Shown here: positions 9,497 through 22,300 of the stretch, piece after piece
Position numbering within the stretch: the stretch's first letter is position 1
How the letters are laid out: each line of letters opens with the position of its first letter
Assembly (NCBI GenBank): GCA_964540995.1
Contig: CAZIOU010000002.1
Span: 43,750-107,749, forward strand
Direction: 5' to 3'
Source: an uncultured Gammaproteobacteria bacterium
GTDB lineage: Bacteria > Patescibacteriota > Patescibacteriia > UBA1558 > 2-01-FULL-52-15
Length of the DNA stretch: 64,000 bases
The notes under the pieces: model-generated
The model's input: only the letters and a program-made list of their open reading frames with translations
Database searches by the model: none
Told to the model about the DNA's origin: nothing
Made by a program: the position numbers and the translations under genes

Positions 9497-10753
9497 CTAA
9501 TTTGCTCCTTCGATGACAAAATTTTTGGCAACCAATCTAACTTCCCGCAATCTAAATTCGGCTCTCGTCATATCAATGTAAGCCGCCTGATCCCAACCAG
9601 CTTCCGAACAAATCAAGTCTGCAATCATAGCGGTTTCAGCCGGTGAATAGTGTAACTTATCTTGGAGAATAAGCTGAAAGAACAAGACAGCGCTTACCAA
9701 CGTACTATCGGGTTGCCACAGGGACCTAGCTTGATCACTGAAACGGACACTTATGAAGCGGCGAACTATTCCAATGAAGCGCAGATCCGACGAGATAAAT
9801 GTCGCCAGCTGTTTACGCCGAGCTGCCAGTACCAAGGCAGCAATTACTCGATCTTTGTCCTCCACTCCTAGAGCTTCCCAAATAATGTCGGCTAAACGTC
9901 CAGCTTGATCGCCAATCTCAATCTCGATTCCAGACACACTAGCAGAGATACGAGACAGTAAATCTTGTCCGTAGGCGCGGTACTGGTCAGTGATTCGGGA
10001 TACGTCGACAGTGGATATGGAGGGTTGCTTCGGTTGATCGGCCACAGCTTCGACACTGCCGCTGCGAACCGTAACCCGACGACCGTCAATGCTGAAACGG
10101 GCCAACGTACCTTCACCGTAGGAACTAATAAAATTTAAAACATTAGCTTTGTCCTCTGGGGGTAGATTCTTGACATTGACACTACGGATCAAGTATTGGC
10201 TTCGGGCAAGTCCGTCTCTCATCGAAGGACCCATAGCACGAAGGAAATCTTTGAGCCAATTATCTATTGTTGGGTCTTCAACTGGTCCTTGTCCCAAATC
10301 AAGTGGTTGAGCGGTTAACCACAGAGAACGATTATCACCATGTTGCTGTAGGAATTCCTCGGCCGTCGCCACGATTGCACCGTCACTCATTGCTTCTGCA
10401 ACCGGTTGCGGCATTGATCCTTGGGGTAACTGTCCACCCAGACGTTGGATCAGAGTATCGACGCCAGGTAAGTATTGTCTCATGGACCACAATTTACGAG
10501 TAGCTATGGCCAAAGTTAAAGCCCGAATATCAACCGACCCTAAGTCAAGCTTTGATAAGGCAGCCGGCAAATCAATTACTTTCTGCTCGCCAGTGTAAAT
10601 AGTCAATAATACACCTAATACTAATCTCAAGCGTGAGCCGGATAAGTCAAAATCACGAGCAATCGAATCGTTAATTTCGACCGACCCTTCGTTAAATATC
10701 AAATCTTTAAATCCCTCAGGTAATGCCTGAAGTAATTTTGTGTTCACAGACAT
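9497..10753 (-). CDS. Hypothetical protein, T4SS-like locus
   Basis: 418 aa ORF directly downstream of the VirB6-like gene; 'PTIDNWLKDF' motif. Confidence 0.7.
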   Translation of the reverse strand: MSVNTKLLQALPEGFKDLIFNEGSVEINDSIARDFDLSGSRLRLVLGVLLTIYTGEQKVIDLPAALSKLDLGSVDIRALTLAIATRKLWSMRQYLPGVDTLIQRLGGQLPQGSMPQPVAEAMSDGAIVATAEEFLQQHGDNRSLWLTAQPLDLGQGPVEDPTIDNWLKDFLRAMGPSMRDGLARSQYLIRSVNVKNLPPEDKANVLNFISSYGEGTLARFSIDGRRVTVRSGSVEAVADQPKQPSISTVDVSRITDQYRAYGQDLLSRISASVSGIEIEIGDQAGRLADIIWEALGVEDKDRVIAALVLAARRKQLATFISSDLRFIGIVRRFISVRFSDQARSLWQPDSTLVSAVLFFQLILQDKLHYSPAETAMIADLICSEAGWDQAAYIDMTRAEFRLREVRLVAKNFVIEGAN

Positions 10754-10756
10754 AAA

Positions 10757-13336
10757 TTATCTCACATCATCGATAGGGGCTCCACCACGAGCTACCCTCT
10801 TGATATCATTTTCTTTTCGCTGTCGCTTCTCTTCCTCACTCGGTGCTTTGGGTGCTGGTTTGGGACGGGCTGTATCAGGTGTAGGCGTACTAGTTGAAGT
10901 CGTGGCTTCAGCATTGGTTGCCGTAGTACCTCCGCCCCGTGTGGCGTCACTAGCTGCCTCGGCTGAATCATATGGCCCATTGATAATCACTGTATCGTCT
11001 AACGGTCGTACTGTATCATTCTTCTTTTCATTCTCTTTTGACTTATCTTTATCAAGATCCTTGATATATTTTTCAAGTTTATCGAATGATTTTCCTTGTG
11101 TACCGACATTACTCAAATAATCATTTTTGAATAAGCTGGAGGCCAATTTTTGTTGCTCTTTTGCCAATGACTTTGCTGTCTCAAGCGTCGATTCCAAAGT
11201 TGTCAAAGCCGCGATCTTGGCTTTTTCAACCTTCGCCGGATCACCGCTTCGAGCCATATAAGTAAATTGCGACGGTGTCAGGTGTGGAGCTACCTGTTCA
11301 ATACTATCGTCATGTATTCCGGCTGCTTGTTCTGGGGTCAACTTACTTACCAAACTATGAAGTGGCATCAGCGCTTCACGTTTCTCTGAACCATCGTCAT
11401 TAGTACCGACGACCATCTCCTCATCAGATGCGTATTCAGTAATATGAGCACTATCAACCTTAGCCCCCAACTCTCGTATCTCACGCATCCGTTTAACGTC
11501 ATCTCCCTCATCAGCTATACCAACTGCTGCTTGAGTGGCGGTACCAAAATTTCCCTTTTCATTCTTTGTCATCTTGGTGGGCAAGGCAGCCAGCTGCTTA
11601 CCAGTAATACCGACATCGAGAGCGGTATGCATCAAATCACCAGTCCAATCCCAATGAACAGCGTTCTTCTCAAATTCGCCGGATGTATTAAGTGCTGCCA
11701 ATTTTTCTTTCTGTTTCTCCGGTGACAAGACATCGATATATTTCTTAGTGAACTCATTATAGTGGTCCGATACTGGGTCACCAGGGCCAGCACCCTTCAT
11801 GATATTGGCGGCTTTCTTACGTAAATCTTGTTTCTTTCTTGATTCTGCTTCGTAACGTTCATCATCATGTTTGATATCCGAAGCCACACTGAAATGTCCC
11901 CGTTTGTCTAAAGTCATAGCTGCCGCACGAGCTTCCTGCGCATTGACGCTGCCCATCTTACGCTCTAGTTCATTATCAGTTAATGAAGTCATTTGCTTCA
12001 TGAAATTACTAGTCTGCGCAGTCTGCATCTGACGATAAGCCGGGACTGCCTTCTGCAATATCTGGTCATAAGCGAAAGCTCCGGTGGCGTATTTCATCGG
12101 GCCGCTGGTGGCAACGCCGGCAATATCCTTAAACACCTTATTATCACCCACCCGTTTCACGGTCGCCAAAGCACCAGATCCCGCACGACCCAACGTACCA
12201 CCCAATAATTTATTGTCCGCCAAAGAAACACCACCGGCAATGCTACTACCGATACCTCGTGTGGCTGCCAATGCGCCCATACCGGCGGTAGCTGCAGCTC
12301 CAACTGCCATTCCCTTGAGCGCGCCACCAAGCTTACCTGACCATTTATTGGCCATAGCACCGCCAGCGACACTAAGCTCCTTAGCTACCGTCAGTCCGCC
12401 GATCAATAACGAGATACCAACCAAGAAACGAAGTATTGTTGCTACCAAGGGATTATTAGAAGGAGTCGGACAAGCCGTCTCACCAGTAACAGCGGCGGAG
12501 TCCGTCGCTTGATTGAGCTGGCCTTGTGCGCCCTCCTCTGTCTTCTGAATCGTAAAAGAAGAGTCCTGTCCCTTACCGGCGACAATTTGTGACAAACAAC
12601 CCGATGCAGTCGGTTGTTGAACTACAGAGAAGCTTAGCCAGAGGAAGAAAGCTAGTGCCGGTCCAACTGCTGTATAATTACCCAGCTCTTTCCACCACCG
12701 TTGATAGTAGGTAAATCCCGTCGGCCAAGCACTCAGTAAGAAGGCTATCGGTGCCAAGATAATAATGAAACCAAAAGCAATAATACGATACAAGAAGAGC
12801 AAGGTAATAATAACGATGACGATCAAAGCGATCACCATCATGATGCCGCCCAACATAATCTGAACAAAGACGGATAAACCGCCAACTACTTGCGCGCCAG
12901 CATTACCTTTCACTAACTGTAGAACAGGAGTTAGGCCAAGTAATTCCGGAAACCCAGCTTGGAGAGAATTTAGGAAGGCATTAACGAAGGCCAGAGTAAC
13001 CACCTGTGAAACTTCAATGAAAAATAAGGCGATTGATTTACTGAAGTTAATCAGGATCGCCATCAATACGAGACGTCGCAGATTCTGCTGATAACCATAA
13101 CGACCACTACGTAATATTGTACCCAACGCTATCACCAGTAAGACAATAATAAACAGCATGTTGCTGAAATCACGTGTCACCACCCAGCCGCGATTGATAA
13201 TGTCCTCGTTAGCAAAGTTCTGATAACTCAAGATAATAACTAAGATACGACTAACAATCGTAAGAGCCCAGCCGGGGATATAGATCCACAGCAAGTACCA
13301 AATATGCGATAAGACGTCAATTATTCCTGAAAACAT
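10757..13336 (-). CDS. VirB6/TrbL-like polytopic membrane protein with long hydrophilic C-terminus
   Basis: GWVVTRDFSNMLFIIVLLVIALGTIL, LINFS, ILAPIAFL..P...YYQRWW, followed by Gly/Ala-rich region. Confidence 0.8.
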   Translation of the reverse strand: MFSGIIDVLSHIWYLLWIYIPGWALTIVSRILVIILSYQNFANEDIINRGWVVTRDFSNMLFIIVLLVIALGTILRSGRYGYQQNLRRLVLMAILINFSKSIALFFIEVSQVVTLAFVNAFLNSLQAGFPELLGLTPVLQLVKGNAGAQVVGGLSVFVQIMLGGIMMVIALIVIVIITLLFLYRIIAFGFIIILAPIAFLLSAWPTGFTYYQRWWKELGNYTAVGPALAFFLWLSFSVVQQPTASGCLSQIVAGKGQDSSFTIQKTEEGAQGQLNQATDSAAVTGETACPTPSNNPLVATILRFLVGISLLIGGLTVAKELSVAGGAMANKWSGKLGGALKGMAVGAAATAGMGALAATRGIGSSIAGGVSLADNKLLGGTLGRAGSGALATVKRVGDNKVFKDIAGVATSGPMKYATGAFAYDQILQKAVPAYRQMQTAQTSNFMKQMTSLTDNELERKMGSVNAQEARAAAMTLDKRGHFSVASDIKHDDERYEAESRKKQDLRKKAANIMKGAGPGDPVSDHYNEFTKKYIDVLSPEKQKEKLAALNTSGEFEKNAVHWDWTGDLMHTALDVGITGKQLAALPTKMTKNEKGNFGTATQAAVGIADEGDDVKRMREIRELGAKVDSAHITEYASDEEMVVGTNDDGSEKREALMPLHSLVSKLTPEQAAGIHDDSIEQVAPHLTPSQFTYMARSGDPAKVEKAKIAALTTLESTLETAKSLAKEQQKLASSLFKNDYLSNVGTQGKSFDKLEKYIKDLDKDKSKENEKKNDTVRPLDDTVIINGPYDSAEAASDATRGGGTTATNAEATTSTSTPTPDTARPKPAPKAPSEEEKRQRKENDIKRVARGGAPIDDVR

Positions 13337-13340
13337 GAAA

Positions 13341-16300
13341 TTAGGATTGTGGTTTCTTAATCTGAATCATCGAGTCATTGCTTGAGCCATAGAATATATA
13401 GCCTGCCTGATTACCTGCCGGCCCAGTACAACCCTGCCCCACCGGTCCCCAAGCAGTATTAGAACACCAACCCCAGTTATCCTGCACCCTGGCTCGTGGC
13501 CTATAACAGGCATAGCCAGCCGGACAACCGGAGATACCCGACGATGCGCCGTCAAAAGCTACATTATACTGATAGACATGGAAGTAGCTACGAATAGTCG
13601 GGTCACAGCCTTGTGATGTACCGGCAAAATCCATCGTCGTCTGGAAAGCTGGATTGGATACATTGGGACGGATTATTTGCGTCGGATCACAGACAGACCA
13701 ATTATTTTTATAATAACCGACATTGGCCTGACGCGATCCATCACCCCAATCAACTTCAATCGAACGCAATGGCATACGATCCTTATAAGCTGAAGCGTAG
13801 AAGGAAACCGTAGCCAACATAGTTGGACTTTGGTTCTCGATGATCGGACCAGAAGATTTATCATTGACCAAGAAATTACTGGTAGGGCCGAGATCGCAGG
13901 TTATGCTAGAAGCAGAGCAAACTGGTTGCGCAATAATCGGACCGAAGTCTGCCTGTGCATAGCGACTTGATCTCGATGCAGCTGCTATCTGATCCTTCTG
14001 ACTTTGCGGAATAGTCGTTCCATTGGCATTACGTACGGCAAAACTTTGTGACATACTAGCATCAAGTGGTAGCGCCTTTTCATCAATAGCCTGCGTCGAA
14101 CCAGCTATACAGGTTGGATCGGTGTCAGGGTTACATAACGGCTGATACGAATCTCGTATAGGCGTACAATAAGGTCGCTTGTCATTTCCGCCGTTAATAG
14201 AAACCTCTACTTGATTCGCGTATTTACAGATTGCATCGGGCGCTTGGCAAATTTCATTACCAGCATTTAGTCTCTGTCCTAGATTATTGGTTATAGCTGT
14301 TGCACAGCTCTGAACTCTCGTTAGTTGGTTAACTCCCGTTGTCGAAGTATCCGAGAAGTCCACACCAACACAGTACTGACCCTGTGCCGGAGCGCAGAAA
14401 GTCTTGGAATCATAAGCCTCGGCCAAAGCATCGCAATCATCGAATGAATGCGTACAGCTGATAACAGTGCACTTAGAGGCATCACGTGAGGAACAACAAC
14501 GCTGTGCTTGCATATTACAAGTTAAAGACTCACGGACCTGACACTGACTGCGGGCATCAACCTGAGGACGCTCACAGCTTGTCTGACCACAGGTAGCATT
14601 GGCCGGACAATCACTATCAGAAATACACAGCGCCTGATCCGATGAAGTGCACCGTTTGGCACATTGACCTTGACCAGTGGTACAGACAGCACAGCTTATC
14701 TCACTGGGTGATATAAGCTGATAGCAACCACCCGTAGTTAGATCCACTTGCCAGCCAGCCGGACAAGAGCTGCAAGATGTAGCAGTGCCCCAAGCGGAAT
14801 TGATACAGGTATTGGAAATCGTCTGACAGACATTACTCTTACTCTGATCAGTTGGATTATTACGATCATAACGCAAGGTGCACTCACCGTTAATGCTGCC
14901 AGTAGCACCACAACGATTACCACCGAAGGGTCCGCCACTACATACCGGATAAGCGCAGGACTCGCCAGCTTCAAAACGATAAATTCCAAATAATTTTTGG
15001 TAAATCTGCTTCAAGCGGTTAACACCTGTAACATACCATTCTTTAGTTTCTATGCTAGCCGAAGGAGAATCGCCAAATGAGGGATGAGTCCAACCCTTAA
15101 TATAGAGGTCGCTCTTACTATCTGACAAGAGTCGGCAATCTGCTTCGTCATTGGCACAAGCATACGGACTACCCGCTCGCGGCACCACTCCCCGATCCTG
15201 CACCGACAGAGCGCCGAATTGTTGCGGTACAAATCCTGATCCCGGCACCGCAGCGCCAAATGGCGTGTCATCACGATCAAGGGTATAGCCTTGGCCAGCA
15301 GTCTTGAGGCTGACGACGAAAGGCTTGCCATCAGGACGATAATTGGCCCAGAAGGAATTGGTCTTAGCAGCATTATCTCCTCGCTCATTTACAGCTGCTG
15401 TGAGGTACGTACACAAGGAACGTGGCCAACTTTCTGCTTGTATGAAATCACCGCGTGAGCCATCACAAGTACTGTTCGAGTTGGTACAAGAGAGATAGTC
15501 AGTGGACCCATTATATCGTCCTAAACAATGTTCTGAATATCCGATCCAAACATTATCATCTCTAACCCAACCCAATATGGTCGGATTATCAATACAGTTG
15601 GAAGTAATCTTATTGGTTACAGGATCTCGGTAAGCAGCGATAGGATATACATCATGGGCGTCGCCAGTATTATCCTTCCATGGAAGTATTATATGTTCTT
15701 CATGAGTCCATTCACCACCCATTCCGCCATTAGTTGCATTAGAGCTTGATAAACTACCATCACGATTCATCTTGCTATAGTAATCACCAACATCCTTAAG
15801 CTTCATCGGGGCCGTCCTCCAATGATACCTGTCTTCCACGAGCTGCATTTCCGTGCAGTAGTAGACCGGAGCTTTGAAATTATAGCCAGCGTCTCGATTC
15901 TGATTGAAATAATCAATACCACCGATGGCGTTATCAACTGGCAACCAAGAAAGACAAGCGTACTCTGACGATGAGCCATTGATAGATGATGATAGATCAG
16001 GCTCTAGACAATAGCCACCCCAATTGAGGAAAATATCGCTGCGTGATAAGTAGGTTGGATTACCACCAGGACACTGATCAGAAATCGAAGACTTCGTGTC
16101 GCTGTTGGATTCAATGACAGTACACGACCTGCCATCAAGGTTACCACCCTGACAGATACAAGAAGATATCTCTCCGCTACCCAAGGAAGCGTTGAGCGAA
16201 TAGAATCGAGTAGCCCCGCCGGAACCATACTGTAATTTGTAATATCCCACTTCACAGGAAGCTACCGCGCTATCACAAATATTAGCTTGTTGAAAACCAA

Positions 16301-19300
16301 ATTTGACTCGTCGTTGTTGACCAGTATTACTGGAAACGACGCTCTGCGGGAAAGGCGCTTCAGTTTCAGCAAATCCACGTGTGGTCGGCTTAATCACAAA
16401 TGGCGAAGTCAGGTCAAATCGACTGCCATCGATGCCATTGACACACAACGGGCTACCGCTGACACCGAAGATGGCACCTGTTGATTGACCTTTGCCATCC
16501 AGCGTACCGCATTTCAATTGACCATAGTTAGTGGCTAATTGGTTACATTCAGCTGTAGTACAATTCTCGGCACGAACCAAACGGAAATCAGGATTGGCCG
16601 CATCAGGACCATTCTTAGCGGCATTAATACTGACATCAACCAAACGTAGGTGATCTACTGGATAGCGATTAAAGAGTGAGTAGCCAGAATAATCCAGAGC
16701 GTCATAGCGGACATCGCGCGTCGTATAAGCTGAATAATCAACTTTGGAGGTACTCTCTGGTAACCAATGGGCACAGTTCAGACTGCCATTGTTGGAGCTA
16801 TACTGGTCGCAGAGCGCTACTTCGGTACAGATCTGACGCTGTGAATTGGTCTGGGTATCGAAGATCTGCGAGCTCGTCTTACAGGTTAACCATTCGGCAC
16901 ACTGACGATCACGGGAGACCTTGATGATACGATTAGCGTCATTGGTACATGCTCGCAGGATCGGATCGGCCGAGCTCGGATCGCAGACTACCGGACTGAC
17001 GCCTTTGCCATTGGCGCGTTCACTATAGAAATAAGTTAAGAAACTATTGTATTGTTTTACTGGATCATTAGGATCACTGAAGAGGATACAGCCCTCATTC
17101 TTGCTTACTTGACCATTACAGGAACTATCATCAATAGACTTATTATTGAGATAGAAATAGGACTGAGCCTTACGCAGACTTAGGTTGGAGAACTGCACTT
17201 CATTGGGCGTACTGTTGTTATCACAATCTCCTCCACTCGGACAATCCAGGGACAAACGGAACGTTGGTTCACACATAACCAATTCATCGCCTTGTGAGGC
17301 AGATCCCAGATCGGCAGTAGCCGTCAGTGTCTGAACCGTTGATTTATCTTGTATGTCAGCACCAGCATAAAATTCAGTCAGATGATCACGACGATTACCG
17401 CGGGAGTCAGTAGTGTCATAGCCAATAGCTAGATTACAGGTGTAGCCACTGGCACATTGAGTGTTGCTACTACATGGCGTCTGGGTCATATCAGTAGCTG
17501 ACTCACAGTAACCATCAGCCTTCTTATAACAAATTTCCTTGCCCGGACAATCACTATCAGTGATACAAGTATTAGCATAATCGACGATGGTGCCGTATTG
17601 GCTGTTGCCGCTTTCTACTACCGTGGCACAATAATCTTTGTCGTACGGACTATCCCAGAGACAGCGCATCACCACTTGAGCACTGGCTTTGCCTTGGGTG
17701 CCGACATTGAGATTCTTGACGGTGACATCAGCACTAATGGTATAGACGTCGGCGTTGTTGATCGGCTTAGCACCGAGGACATCTTTGGTAGTATTGAAGA
17801 AACGCTGGAAGATCAGAGCTAATCCATGCGGTTGTGATAATAAGGTTGCAGAGGCGGTCTGTGGATTAGCCACAAAGGTTTGATCGAGAGGCAAGGCGTT
17901 GCCACTAGACTGCCAGACTCCCCACTTGGCTTTGGGTCCTGTCGGATCGTTGAAAGTTGGATTGGATAAGAAATTATCTCCATTGGTAGCTTGTGTGTCG
18001 ATGAATTCGGAGCACTGATTCTGTGAACCAGGACACAGGCCGGCGGAATTATTGAATTGATTCTCGGCAGCAGTATAGATCTTATAGTCATCCAGTGGGG
18101 TGACATTGTCAGAATAACAGCCTACCGGTGACTTGCCGGCTTCCAAACTATCAGTCTGGAACCAGCCCGTCTGAATGACGCCATTAATACTAACACCGTC
18201 TTTGTAGGTACACGTACGATTGCCTGGATCACTATAATAATGAGACACACCATCACTGCCGGTATATTCCTGACAGTATAAACCCTCGTTCTTACACAGC
18301 TGATCACTATATTGATCAGGATCATTGATCTTGAATACCGTCTGATAGGATCTGACGTAGCGTGGATCTTGCTCCGGCAAATTGCGGTTAATGTTGGGTT
18401 TGCCGAGCGCCTGACAACCTTGGTATTTCGGTTCGCAGAATTTCTTACTATCGACTACGACGTATTCTAATGAATCTGCTGGTACGGTGACTTGTGACTT
18501 ATCGCCAGCGTTAAATACTTGTTCATAAGGATAGTTGGAGTTTTGGGTATTGATCACTGCCTGACAACCAACCGCCTCCTGACGACAGATCTGGGAGAAT
18601 GAGCGCAAAGCATAATTCTTGTTGTCGGTACCTTTGTACAACTGACAACCAAGGTTGGCACCAGCAAATGGCAGATCGCATGAGGCTGGTGTTTTCCAGC
18701 TATCACGGACCAAGAATAGATTAGAAACTGATTCTCGCAGAATGATGTTATCGATGAAGGTACCGCTGGCACTAGGAACCAAGGTTAAATTGGCTGCTTC
18801 CGGATTGACCACTTGATCAATCAACAATGGTCCGACTTTATACAGTTGCCAATCTCCAGCAGTAGCTACCGTAGTAACAGCAAATTGACATGGACCTTGA
18901 CCACATTTAGTCTGCGTTCCATTAGTATCGCCGAGGTAAGCTCGTAATTCGGCTCCGTTCTGACTGGTCTTGAGCCAGAAGCTTAGATAATATTCCCGAC
19001 CAGCAACCAACTGATTGCTCAAAGGATAGACTACGACTCCTGGTGCGGTGACAGCTAAAGAATGACCGCCAGAACTTGCTGCTTCGCTCGATAAAGCGAT
19101 TTTACCACTACCTTGGCCAGCCCATGGAGCATAGGTAGCGCGTCCTTCGAACGTATCGTTGATAATCGTACGAACATTACTACTCTGATTACCACGGAAT
19201 TCAGTACAACGTACATTGCTGGCGGAGCAACTGCGACTTTCGGACGCCAAGCCATTGTAGGTTTGATTACCGTCGCTGCGTCTGTAAGGATGACAATCAT

Positions 19301-22300
19301 TGGAAGCGAAGATGACCTTGTCTTGGAGACGGAAATAGGATTGGCCGGCGGTATCGAAGAATTCTCGACAATTAGGGTTGGTAGCCATGTCAGCTGCGGT
19401 ACAACTAGCCTGTGAAGCAGCAGTATCAGTACAAGTCGATCCACCATTAGCAATGGTGGTACACGGTCCTTGATCGGTCGCCAAATTACTCGGTAAAATC
19501 TGCCATGTCTTGACTTGGAAGCCACTAGTATCGCTACCTTCTAACGTATAGTAAGTAACTCCTTGGTCGGCTTTGACACATTGGCGTAGGAAACTAAAGT
19601 ACTTCTTGCCCTCTCCTCCAGCCGCAACTTCATCAAGATTGGTAAACTCGCTGCAACCAACTTCGGTAGCCGGACAAGCCTTGGCTGTCTTGGCGATGAA
19701 ATTAATTTGCTTGGCCGTTGCCGATGCGCCTTCGGCTAATTCAAAATTGGTCGGCAACTGTGCGTAGGTCTGATAGCCCACACATTCGGTCGGACAATAA
19801 TCGTTCTGACTGATGACTCCGGGGATTACCGCATCACCATTGGTTGGGCTATAGAGTGAACAGCCAACCTCCTGCGCCGTACATTGTGAACGCTGTCCCG
19901 ATAAATAAACCGTTCCTGACTGGCCATACGTTGTGTAGGCAGTAGCACGAGTGCCAAATTCTACTTTGACGCCGTCGATAAATAACGAGCCACAAGAAAC
20001 CTTGCTCTGTAATACGGCTAGAACTTGCGTATCAGGGACATCAACGCCAAACGTATACGTCAACTGATATCGCTGCCAGCTATCGGTATAGCTGACGTCC
20101 ACCGTACTGCCTGGCGCGGTGGCTGAAGAAATCGTCGCTTGAGTCTGACAGGCAGTAGTAGCTTTGGCGAACCAGGACAAAGTCATCGCTTTACCAGCAA
20201 CTTGACCGCTTAAGGCCGAGGTCGACAAACTGCCATCACCACTTATTCTAATACCGACCGGTCCGAATTGAGCCGCTTCATTTGAGGTGAACGTTTGTAA
20301 ACCATTACCAGTCCAGCCGACGAATGTATCGGCTTTGTCATCATTGATCCAATCAGGGTTACTGTAATCAGTCGAAGGGTTAGCTTGATAATCAGCGAAA
20401 TCGCTATTGGCTACCAAGTTAGCAGTAGCTGATGTTGGATTGATATATTCCTGACAGCCATCTGCTTCCGCCGGACAACTGGCAGCATTATTATTGAAAT
20501 AGATTCTGTCGGCTGGATTCCAGTCATAGTTCGGATCCGTCGCTGTGCCGAAATTGGTCTGACTCTTACTATACCAAGTACAACCAGCTTGCGAGGCGTC
20601 ACACGTAGCTAAGGTGTTGGTCAAATAGCTATATTTGGCGCCGTTATCACGACGCACCAGCACCTGACAAGAAGCATATTGCTCTTGGCATTGGGTACCA
20701 GCGAAGCGCCAGACATTGCGTTCTTTGGTACAGTAACCGTAGCCACTCTGACAGTTACCTTTGTCATCTTCTGATAGACAAGAGGGACGATCGACACAGA
20801 CTTGCTGACGTTGATTACTGTTGACATCTTCTAGAGACGGGCCACTAACGAGTGCTTTGCACTGAGTCAGAGGAGCAGCCAAGACCCAATCAGGGTCAAT
20901 CAGATGATAATAAATATTGGCCGCTGCATCCAAATCGCAATTACCATTATTTTCGAAACAATTAATCACTTGACCTAAAGTCACTGGTCGACCAACGGGA
21001 CTTAGCGCTGCGGCAATCTCCCAACCTAGTGGCAAAATACGATAGCTACGCATCTTACTGATATTGCTGTAGCAGTAGGAATTCTGATAGCACTTCTTAC
21101 CACCATTAATGGAAGAGTTAAGGTAGGAAACCAATGGCCAATTGGCGTGTAGATGACCACGGTCCAGAGCTTCGCGCACCGTCTCCCTATTGTTAATAGC
21201 GGTCACCAGTCCCGTATCAGTCGTACAGTTCAGTTGGCTAGCGATCCGTGTATCAGCCGGACAGGCGCCCATCTCGGAAACATAATCAAAGTTATCAATA
21301 GCTTGCACATCAACTGTGTTGAGATCAGCCAGAAGCTCCGAAGCAGACCCGAGACGTCGCAAATCAACTCGACTCCGCAACTTAGCTATCAAGCTGTCTC
21401 GTAAATTAGTGGATCCACTGTTGCTATTTAGATCAGCCAAAGACCACGATCCAGAGATAAACCGTTTCATCAAGCGAGACGTCAGTGTCTTGGTAAATAG
21501 TACGGCCGATTGCTTAAAAACATTTTCACTCTTAAGCAAACTAGCCTCGGCAATATAATCATTGATAGCATTCTCATGAAGATTCAATATCTGTTCACAA
21601 GTATGAGAAATGTCGTTGGACAAAGGTCGTTTAGCATCTATATAGCCGCGACACGTAGCTTCATTTAACTTAGCTAATTCCTGTTTGTCAGCTGCCTGCT
21701 GGCGAGCTAAATCATTTAATTTCAGGAAAGCGCCGATATCATTGTTCTTAGGATCAAGATATTCGGCAAAAAAATTGACTTTATCATCTGGACTCAAGTC
21801 GGATAAGGAGGCAGTCAACCAACGACCAGAGTTCAACGTCTGCCCGAACTGTTCCCAATTCTTCTGAACTTGCCGAATTTCACAACGTGGCTTAACAGAA
21901 GGCGGAGTAATATCATTGATAATACCTAAGCTAATACGGGCTTGAACATCGGCCGAAGGCTCACAAAGATCTAAACCAAGACCTTCGAAGTAACCGTCCG
22001 AAAGACGCCCGATAAATTCCCCGTAGGCCGTATCGCGAGCATCAGTCCAGACGCCCTCGAAGCTCTTGGTTCGGATAAAAGGTGTGCCGCCCACATTGCC
22101 TTCAGCAATATACTTGGCTGTATCGAGAGCGATACGATTGAGGGTCACTTGCAGGGTTGAAGTTAAGATATTGTAACCAATGGCCTGATTGACCTTATCA
22201 ATTTGCTTAGTAATCTTCTGCCAGATAGTCGCTTGACGGTCCTGCACTGGTATACCGCCAGGAGCAACGGCGCCAATCGTACCTAGTGCGCCCGAAAGAT